Origin: an uncultured virus (IMG/VR IMGVR_UViG_3300046782_000572)
Taxonomy: Duplodnaviria; Heunggongvirae; Uroviricota; Caudoviricetes
DNA: 20,000 bases
Strand: one strand, 5' to 3'
IMG/VR virus record: IMGVR_UViG_3300046782_000572
Position numbers and translations under genes: made by a program. The notes beneath the pieces were generated by a model. It saw only the letters and a list, made by a program, of their open reading frames with translations. It was not told the origin of the DNA and searched no databases. Of the stretch, positions 8,663-14,795 are shown piece by piece; within the stretch, counting starts at the first letter, position 1; every line of letters starts with the position of its first letter.

Positions 8663-8694
8663 GACGGTCCAGGCGCATTTGCGCGCCCGCCGCC
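8663..8694 (-). other. GC-rich hairpin at the 3' end of the pentamer array
   Basis: Minus-strand RNA GGCGG-C-GGGCGCG-CAAA-UGCGCCU-GGA-CCGUC folds into a two-part stem; shares AGGCGCAT (plus strand) with the hairpin at 11601-11630. Confidence 0.55.
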
Positions 8695-8699
8695 TTCTC

Positions 8700-9995
8700 G
8701 CCTTGCCTGGACCCGCCTCAACTCGACTTGCCTCGACCCGACAAGCCGGGCCACGCCGGCCTCACCAGACCACGCCGCCCGCGCAGTGCCACGCCGTGCC
8801 ACGCCCCGCATTGCTGTGCCGAGCAACGCCGGCCACGCCATGCCTTGCAGTCCAAGCACTGCCTCGTCGCGCCTTGCCCGGCCGCGCCGGCCGTGCCCCG
8901 CCACGCGCGGCCACGCCATCCCAGGCCTCACCGCGCCGTTCCCCGCCAAGCCGCGCCCCGCCGGCCAAGACCGCCCCGCCCGGCCTTGCCGTGCCGCGCC
9001 GCGCCACCCCCGGCCTCGCCGGCCATGCCACGCCGGACCTTGCGTTGCCGCGACCAGCCAAGCACCGTCCCGCCTCGCCGGCCACGTCTTGCCGGACCTT
9101 GCCCAGCCTCGTCTCGCCACGCACAGCCGCCGACATGCCAAGCCCGCCCCGCCTCGCCTCTGCCGGCCCTCCATGACCCCCGGCCTCGCCGGCCGCGCCA
9201 GCCCACGCCCCGCATCGCCCTGCCGGGCCTTGCCCGGCCGCGCCGGCCAAGCCATGCACCGCCTTTGCCCGTCCCGCATCGCCATGCCCCGCCGCGCCGG
9301 CCCCGCACTGCACGGCCTGGACGCGCGAGGACGCCAAGCCGGCCGCGCCAAGCCCGGCCCCAACCGAGCCGCGCCGGCCTCGCACGCTCCGCCGGGACTG
9401 GCCCACCCCGGCCAAGCCTTGCCACGCCGGCCAAGCCCTGCCTGGGCACGCACTGTTCCGCCGCGCTGTGCCAGACCGTGCCAAGCCAAGCCGAGCCGGC
9501 CCAGCCGGTGCACTGCCGGCCTCGCCAGGACGTGACGGGCCATGCCAGGGTCGGCCGTGCCAGGGCATTTCCCGCCGTGCCTTGTCTGCCGCCGGCCTCG
9601 CCGGCCAAGCCAAGCCGAGCACTGGCAGGCACAGCATCGCGTAGCCGCGCCTCGCTCTGCCGCGCCGCGCCGGGCCGGCCACGCCCTGCCATGCCAGGAC
9701 AGGCCAACGCCATGCCATGACCCGCACGGTCACGCCGGCCTCGCGCGCCATGTCCGATCCGGTCTGGCCACGGCTCGCCCTGCCTCGGCTCGCCTCGCCT
9801 CGCCTGCCGAGCCAGCCCATCCCAGGCCCGGCCATGCCGAACCCGGCATCGCCCTGCCGGGCCACGGCTGGCCTCGCCCGGTCACGCCCGGTCAGACCAT
9901 GCCTGCCTTGCCACGCCGGCCATGCCTTGCACCGCCCAGCCTGGACTTGCTCTGCAGGGACCTGCCTCGCCTGCATTGCCTCGCTGGCCATGCTG
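8700..9995 (-). repeat. Non-coding array of 5-nt GGY-NN units in about 20 segments; putative guide-RNA array (VIPR-like)
   Basis: Plus strand parses as GCC-NN/ACC-NN pentamers; 20 exact GCCGGCC 4-nt slips at 8755, 8828, 8886, 8960, 9018, 9077, 9162, 9188, 9242, 9296, 9338, 9373, 9426, 9495, 9515, 9591, 9600, 9674, 9734, 9915; clean segments spaced 5n+4 (54, 59, 69, 74 nt); directly downstream of the RAMP-like and accessory genes. Confidence 0.9.
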
Positions 9996-10000
9996 CCTCT

Positions 10001-10534
10001 TCACACTGCTTTGCCGCTGGGTCTATCGCCCGGCGGTTTGCGCCGACCGCTGCCGGGAGGCGGCGGCCGTTTTCCACGATCCAGACGTTCCCGAATTGCG
10101 AGAACGTCCGAAAGCAAGGCTTCAAATTCCCTGCTAAGATCGAGCATGTGCGCGACCTGCCGCCCGCGATCGATGCCGGCCTCAAGGCGCACAAGCTCGT
10201 TTTCGATGATCTGGCGAGCATCCGCACGGCGTTGCGCTGCTTGTGTCAGCGCAACGTAGCCACCGCCGACCGGCGAACGGGGATCGTGAACGTAGTAGAT
10301 CGCCGTCGCTGGCCGCTCGTCGATTTCGACAACGACACGAACCTCGCGGATAAGTCGTCGCGCGGTGTCGAGACGGTGCTCGTGCGCCGCGCTGGCGTCA
10401 TTCCAGTCGAAATCATCGTGCAGAAGGTGCGATGGTTCGCGCGCCGCCTCGACGACGCGCTCAGGACGCACGACGCCGTCCTTGTCGGCCAGCTTGGTGA
10501 TGGCGTGCGCCTTGGAAGCTCGCGAGCGCATCAT
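10001..10534 (-). CDS. Conserved phage protein, accessory partner of the RAMP/Cas7-like gene, 177 aa
   Basis: GVVRPERVVEAAREPSHLLHDDFDWNDASAAHEHRLDTARRLIR motif; ATGA-coupled to 10531-11544; the array begins right after its stop. Confidence 0.85.
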   Translation of the reverse strand: MMRSRASKAHAITKLADKDGVVRPERVVEAAREPSHLLHDDFDWNDASAAHEHRLDTARRLIREVRVVVEIDERPATAIYYVHDPRSPVGGGYVALTQAAQRRADARQIIENELVRLEAGIDRGRQVAHMLDLSREFEALLSDVLAIRERLDRGKRPPPPGSGRRKPPGDRPSGKAV

Positions 10535-11544
10535 GCGAACTCACCAATGGCTGGTGGGCGGCGGCCGTTTGCCTTCGCCGCCAGGGCCGCGGTTTTGCGC
10601 GGCCGTCCGGGTTTGCGGCGCTCATTGGATTCGGCTGCGGCGACCAGCTCGGGGACCAGGGATCGCGGCTTCTTGCCTTTTCTCGCGTGCCCACTCGCAG
10701 ACGACGGAACCTCCATCTCGCGGCGCCGCGTCTCGGTTTCGAACCACGCCAACAGCTCTTCCGACTCTTCGTCGTAACATATCGGCGACGCCAGCGCCGC
10801 GTCCTGGGGCTTGCGGCCCATGGTGCGCATGACCTCGGCGAACTGCTTGTCGTGCTCGTTGACCAGCATAAATTGACCGTAAGAGCCGGCTCCCTTCTCA
10901 GGGCGCCAATCGCCGACCCCCATGATGATGCCGCCCGCGCCAGCGAGGTTGGCGACATCGCGTTCCTTGATGAGGCTGCTAACGAAGCGCACCGGCAGCA
11001 CTGCGCACCACTTTTCGATGATCGCGCGGGTGCGAATGTTCGGCGTCTTGTTGATGCCGCCTTCGCGCACCACCGACATGAACAGCTTCGGCACGCCATA
11101 GATCGGGATATCAACTTCGGGGATGCTGGTGAGCTGGCCCACCGCGGTCTTGGTGGCGCCCGGGATGCGCAGCGCCGCATCGGTGATTGCGCTCTTGAAC
11201 GCGCCGGCCGGCATATGCAGGCGCGCCGCGCGGCTGTCGTCGCGAGTGCGATAGACCGACGCCTGAAACTCGGCGACCGGATCATGCTTCAACGTCGATT
11301 GTTTTTCGGCGTCGTTCTTCTTGCGGTCCGGGAAAAGCAGTTGCTGCCGCGCCTTTTCCGACATGCGGTGCATAATCAGCGGCGTAGTGCCGAGCAGATA
11401 AAACTTAACAAGCCCCATTTTCAATTCCATGATCTCGATACTCTCGGGGAGGGGCTTTTTCCCGGTCGCGAAGGGTTTTCCCGACGACCAATCAATTGCA
11501 TCCGATGTCGATGTCTTCGTTTCAGTCTTTGGCTTGCGTCCCAT
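10531..11544 (-). CDS. RAMP/Cas7-like RNA-binding protein (putative Vipr-type effector), 337 aa
   Basis: First strand LLGTTPLIMH, MPAGAFKSAI helix, RTRAIIEKW strand, Gly-rich loop GVGDWRPEKGAGSYGQF; AGGAGG RBS at 11551-11556; no other cas genes in the window. Confidence 0.8.
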   Translation of the reverse strand: MGRKPKTETKTSTSDAIDWSSGKPFATGKKPLPESIEIMELKMGLVKFYLLGTTPLIMHRMSEKARQQLLFPDRKKNDAEKQSTLKHDPVAEFQASVYRTRDDSRAARLHMPAGAFKSAITDAALRIPGATKTAVGQLTSIPEVDIPIYGVPKLFMSVVREGGINKTPNIRTRAIIEKWCAVLPVRFVSSLIKERDVANLAGAGGIIMGVGDWRPEKGAGSYGQFMLVNEHDKQFAEVMRTMGRKPQDAALASPICYDEESEELLAWFETETRRREMEVPSSASGHARKGKKPRSLVPELVAAAESNERRKPGRPRKTAALAAKANGRRPPAIGEFA

Positions 11545-11600
11545 CTGGTTCCTCCTGTGGGGTGCGCGTGATCGAGTCGCCTCACGCTGGCGTTATTAGC

Positions 11601-11703
11601 GGGCAGAGGCGCATCACTGCGGCTCTGCCCAACGCGGGGCCTAGACATGTCAGGCCGTGACAGGCCAAGCCCCGCCCGGCACCGCCTAGCCTCGCCACGC
11701 ATT
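11601..11703 (-). ncRNA. Orphan GGY-NN unit (13 in-phase pentamers) plus 3' hairpin
   Basis: 11639-11703 reads gccTA gacAT gtcAG gccGT gacAG gccAA gccCC gccCG gcaCC gccTA gccTC gccAC gcaTT; hairpin GGGCAGAG-g-CGCA-tcac-TGCG-g-CTCTGCCC at 11601-11630. Confidence 0.75.
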
Positions 11704-12642
11704 TCATTCTGCATCCTCCTTAAGCCGCTGCGTTCTCAGCACGCGAAAACTAGTCGCGGCCTGCAGGCGTTCTTTTCTGTGAGCAGTTTTCAAACTGACG
11801 CGCCAACCGTGGATCAGTGCGGCTTCGAAATCGCCGATCTTGTCTTTCAACTCTGTTTCCGCCTCAACCTTGGCGGCTTCAGCCTCTCTGATGATGGCGG
11901 CCTGCCGTTCGCGTTCCTCGAGAAGGAAAGCCGCGCGATTGTCGCGTGTCAGATCGATGATCGAGCCCTCAACCTCGCGCGGGTAGATCAAGCGCAACAG
12001 ATCGCCGTCGCGGCTGAAATCGAGTGCTGGCACGACGCCGGCTGCAACAGCATCCCAGAATTGCTTAACGGCGACGCGAAGTTTGTGCTCGGTCGCCTTA
12101 TGCCGCGGAATCTCGGCGATGTACGTATCCCAAGCAAAGTCGCCGACGACGAGCACGGCGACAGCGCCGAAGGCAGCGTCCGCGAGCATCATCTCGGTGA
12201 GGTTTTGCAAAACGATCCAGAGCGGCGGCGTGGGCTCGTCGTCGTCTTCGCCGAGCCATTTCTTCGCAAACGCTCGCGGGTTCACGGTTTTGGTCTGCAG
12301 CACGCCCGGCCCGCGCGGATCGCCTTGGATGACGAAGTCTGGGGTGCAGCCAAGCCGTGCGTGCGGATCGCGTAGATATTCGGTGTTTTTGACGACGTTC
12401 CATTCGGGCCGCAGCTTCGCGACTTTGGCGCCGATGAAGTCTTCCAAATCGTTGCCGCGACGAACGACGCTCGACTCCGGGTTAGGTCCGGGCAGCTCCA
12501 AGCCGCACTTCTCGGCATGCAGACCGGCGATGGTCTGCCAGGGATGCACGCCGAACAGCGCGCCTACTACGGACGCCGTCACGTCATTGCGGCGCAAGCC
12601 GAGCCACTGTTCGCGTGAAGTGATTGGAATCCGCTCGATCAT
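11704..12642 (-). CDS. YqaJ-like viral recombinase exonuclease (lambda exonuclease family), 312 aa
   Basis: REQWLGLRRNDVTASVVGALFGVHPW...RRGNDLE...LGCTPDF...LQTKT; partner of RecT. Confidence 0.92.
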   Translation of the reverse strand: MIERIPITSREQWLGLRRNDVTASVVGALFGVHPWQTIAGLHAEKCGLELPGPNPESSVVRRGNDLEDFIGAKVAKLRPEWNVVKNTEYLRDPHARLGCTPDFVIQGDPRGPGVLQTKTVNPRAFAKKWLGEDDDEPTPPLWIVLQNLTEMMLADAAFGAVAVLVVGDFAWDTYIAEIPRHKATEHKLRVAVKQFWDAVAAGVVPALDFSRDGDLLRLIYPREVEGSIIDLTRDNRAAFLLEERERQAAIIREAEAAKVEAETELKDKIGDFEAALIHGWRVSLKTAHRKERLQAATSFRVLRTQRLKEDAE

Positions 12643-12663
12643 GGGGGAACCTGTAAAGACGCC

Positions 12664-12695
12664 TACAGGGTTTTCCTAAAACGGAAGCTTGTCAA
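12664..12695 (-). promoter_or_regulatory. Putative leftward early promoter
   Basis: TTGACA on the minus strand (12690-12695); weak -10 (AACCCT) at 17-bp spacing; overlaps the TACAGGGTTTT motif. Confidence 0.4.
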
Positions 12696-12863
12696 CTAAA
12701 AACCGGAATGTAAGCTATGGCTGCGCCGATAGATAACACTAGCGATACTAGAGTTTGTGAAATTTGCTTGTGCTCGCAGCGGCATAGATTTCTTTCTTCC
12801 AAATATGGAAACAACGACTGCGAGTAATATTAAAAACCTCGTCCCGGGAATAACTCAAAGCGC

Positions 12864-12895
12864 GCTTGCATTTCGAGGGACAGATGATGCAAGCT
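12864..12895 (+). promoter_or_regulatory. Putative rightward promoter and operator
   Basis: TTGCAT-N18-CAAGCT ending 8 nt before ATG 12904, overlapped by the inverted repeat GCTTGCAT (12864-12871) / ATGCAAGC (12887-12894). Confidence 0.45.
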
Positions 12896-12903
12896 TTCCC
12901 GCC

Positions 12904-13263
12904 ATGGAACAGTATCCTCGCGCGGCTGATCTGCGACGCCTTCTGCTAGAGCGTTGCGCGAGCTACAGCGAGGCGACAGGCATCGCGCTAACGGGCGTGT
13001 CGGTGCTGCTGGTTAACTCCCCAAAATATCTCGGCGGCCTCGCGAGCGGCAAAACCAAGCTGACCGACGTGGCCTATGACCGTTGCATGACACGGCTCGA
13101 CGAGCTGTTCAAAGAACTTGAAGGGGACAGATCCCATGACGACACTGAACAACGATCTCGCGACGAAAGCAGCGCCATTCCTGCAGCGGATCGAGGAAAT
13201 CGACGAGGAACTGGACTCCGAAAAAGGGGCGTACATGGCGACGTGCCGGACGCTGCGGAGTAG
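12904..13263 (+). CDS. Cro-like small transcriptional regulator
   Basis: LLLERCASYSEATGIALTGVSVLLVNSPKYLGGLASGK resembles alphaproteobacterial phage Cro-like proteins; first gene of the rightward block; start uncertain; tail overlaps next gene. Confidence 0.6.
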   Translation: MEQYPRAADLRRLLLERCASYSEATGIALTGVSVLLVNSPKYLGGLASGKTKLTDVAYDRCMTRLDELFKELEGDRSHDDTEQRSRDESSAIPAADRGNRRGTGLRKRGVHGDVPDAAE

Positions 13264-13507
13264 GCGCAAGGACGTTTTCGGCGACGCGAAGGGCGCCGGC
13301 ATTGCGGTAAAGCCGCTTAAGGCCGTCGTGAAGCGCCGCAAGCTCGAAAACAAGATCGCGGGGCTCCCGAGCGAGTTCGACATCGATGAAAGCGCGCAAT
13401 ATGAAGCTCTTGCAGCGGCCTTCGCCGGAACCCCGTTTGGCGATTTCGCCGCTGAGCGAGCGAACGGCCCGCGCAGCGACGACGCGGTAGATCAGCTCGG
13501 CGTCTAA
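13136..13507 (+). CDS. GapR/DUF2312-like DNA-binding protein, 123 aa
   Basis: FLQRIEEIDEE...RKDVFGDAKGAGIAVKPLKAVVKRRK aligns with the GapR pattern FIERIERLEEE...KDVYAEAKGxGFDVKALRxIVRLRK. Confidence 0.75.
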   Translation: MTTLNNDLATKAAPFLQRIEEIDEELDSEKGAYMATCRTLRSRRKDVFGDAKGAGIAVKPLKAVVKRRKLENKIAGLPSEFDIDESAQYEALAAAFAGTPFGDFAAERANGPRSDDAVDQLGV

Positions 13508-13556
13508 CAAAAACATCCGAACGACCCCGCAGGCGCAGCGGGGGAGGCTGCGCGCG

Positions 13557-14795
13557 ATGCCACCACGACCACTTGATCTTGTCGGCCAACGGTTCGGACG
13601 ACTGACCGCCATCGAATTGATGGCTGATCGGATTCGCGGTTCCGCAGCGTGGCGCTGTAAGTGTGACTGCGGCGGCGAGAAGATCATTCCGACCAATTCT
13701 TTGCGGTATGGCAATTCACGCTCGTGCGGATGTCTGCATGCCGCGGGTACACGAAGACAAGTGGATGCAGTAGGGCAGCGGTTTGGGAGGCTGGTTGTTT
13801 TACGGGAGGCTGCACGCGAGAAGGATCGTGTCGACCACAGAGCTCAGCGACGTCTATGGTGTCGCTGTGATTGCGGAAAGGAGATTTCGGTTTTGCATCG
13901 AAGTCTTCGGCGTGGTGTAACGACGAGTTGCGGTTGCAATATAGTGGCATTGGTGCGAGCGGCGCAAACAACGCACGGCGACGCCTCATTTTATCAGCCG
14001 ACTGCCGAATATCGTTGCTGGCAGACCATGAAACAACGGTGCGAAAATCCGAACCAAATCGCATGGGTTTATTATGGCGGGCGTGGCATCCGCGTTTGCG
14101 AGCGATGGCGGTGCAGCTTCGAGAATTTCCTTGCTGACATGGGCCGCAAACCTTCGGCTGCGCATTCGATAGATCGATACCCAGACAATGATGGTCACTA
14201 TGAGCCATCAAACTGTCGATGGGCGACTCCGCGAGAGCAGGCCCTCAACAAAGTGCGGAGAGAGCATATGATTTTCCCCAACTACAAAGGTGGACCGATC
14301 TTGGCGGTCGATCCGGCGACCGTCAGCGGTTTTGCTTTTGGCAGACCGGGTGAAACGCCTATTCTTGAGACGATCAAGTTTGGTCGTCCAGGAGACGATC
14401 ATCCAAATATCTTCGGCCGCGCTGTGCGCTGGATGGCCACACGCTTGGCTGATGGTGCAGTCAGGCCGGAAGCGGTCATCCTGGAGTCCTTGGTCGCAAA
14501 ATACGATAAATCTCTGCAATCTGGATTATGGGGTATTTTTACAGGCATTGCTCACACCAAAGGCATCCCTGTTTTTGAAGTCTCAGTGCAAACGTGGCGC
14601 GCCTTTGTTCTCGGCGACGGTAAATTAAAAAAGGATGTTGCCAAAGCCCGCGCTCTTCAGTTGTGCGGCCATTTGGGATGGGCAGCATCGGACCACAACG
14701 CCGCTGAGGCGGCTGGGATTTGGCTTTGGGCGTGCTCCCAGGTCGAGCCGAAGAGCGTGCCTCGCATTCCGCTATTCATGAGAGGTGCAGCATGA
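13557..14795 (+). CDS. HNH-type homing-endonuclease-like protein fused in frame to a RuvC-like resolvase, 412 aa
   Basis: Two GQRFGRL/CxCDCG/SCGC repeats and SIDRYPDNDGHYEPSNCRWAT, then from Met 14268 ILAVDPATVSGFA...VILES...DHNAAEAAGIW. Confidence 0.85.
   Translation: MPPRPLDLVGQRFGRLTAIELMADRIRGSAAWRCKCDCGGEKIIPTNSLRYGNSRSCGCLHAAGTRRQVDAVGQRFGRLVVLREAAREKDRVDHRAQRRLWCRCDCGKEISVLHRSLRRGVTTSCGCNIVALVRAAQTTHGDASFYQPTAEYRCWQTMKQRCENPNQIAWVYYGGRGIRVCERWRCSFENFLADMGRKPSAAHSIDRYPDNDGHYEPSNCRWATPREQALNKVRREHMIFPNYKGGPILAVDPATVSGFAFGRPGETPILETIKFGRPGDDHPNIFGRAVRWMATRLADGAVRPEAVILESLVAKYDKSLQSGLWGIFTGIAHTKGIPVFEVSVQTWRAFVLGDGKLKKDVAKARALQLCGHLGWAASDHNAAEAAGIWLWACSQVEPKSVPRIPLFMRGAA

Noticed and set aside
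9246..9295. Reading AGIDGGKGIF as the patatin DGGGIKG loop
   Set aside because: Needs a two-codon gap and contains an irregular pentamer; left unassigned
8700..9995. Canonical CRISPR array or simple microsatellite
   Set aside because: No 23-47 bp repeats with contiguous spacers and no cas1/cas2; the NN positions are too diverse and informative for slippage of one unit
8500..10777. Long Ala/Arg/Gly/Pro-rich ORFs over the array (8500-9543, 8629-9720, 8762-9991, 8786-9535, 8928-9713, 9542-10777)
   Set aside because: They arise from a stop-poor GC-rich repeat; the periodicity is 5 nt, several frames on both strands are open at once, and the products are low complexity
11639..11663. Opposite-orientation reading YIRVS as a serine-recombinase motif
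   Set aside because: Only five residues, and the following KPRPY does not fit the expected T..Q continuation
13533..13553. GCGCAGC/GCTGCGC hairpin as an intrinsic terminator
   Set aside because: No U-tract follows, and the loop holds the GGAGG RBS of the next gene
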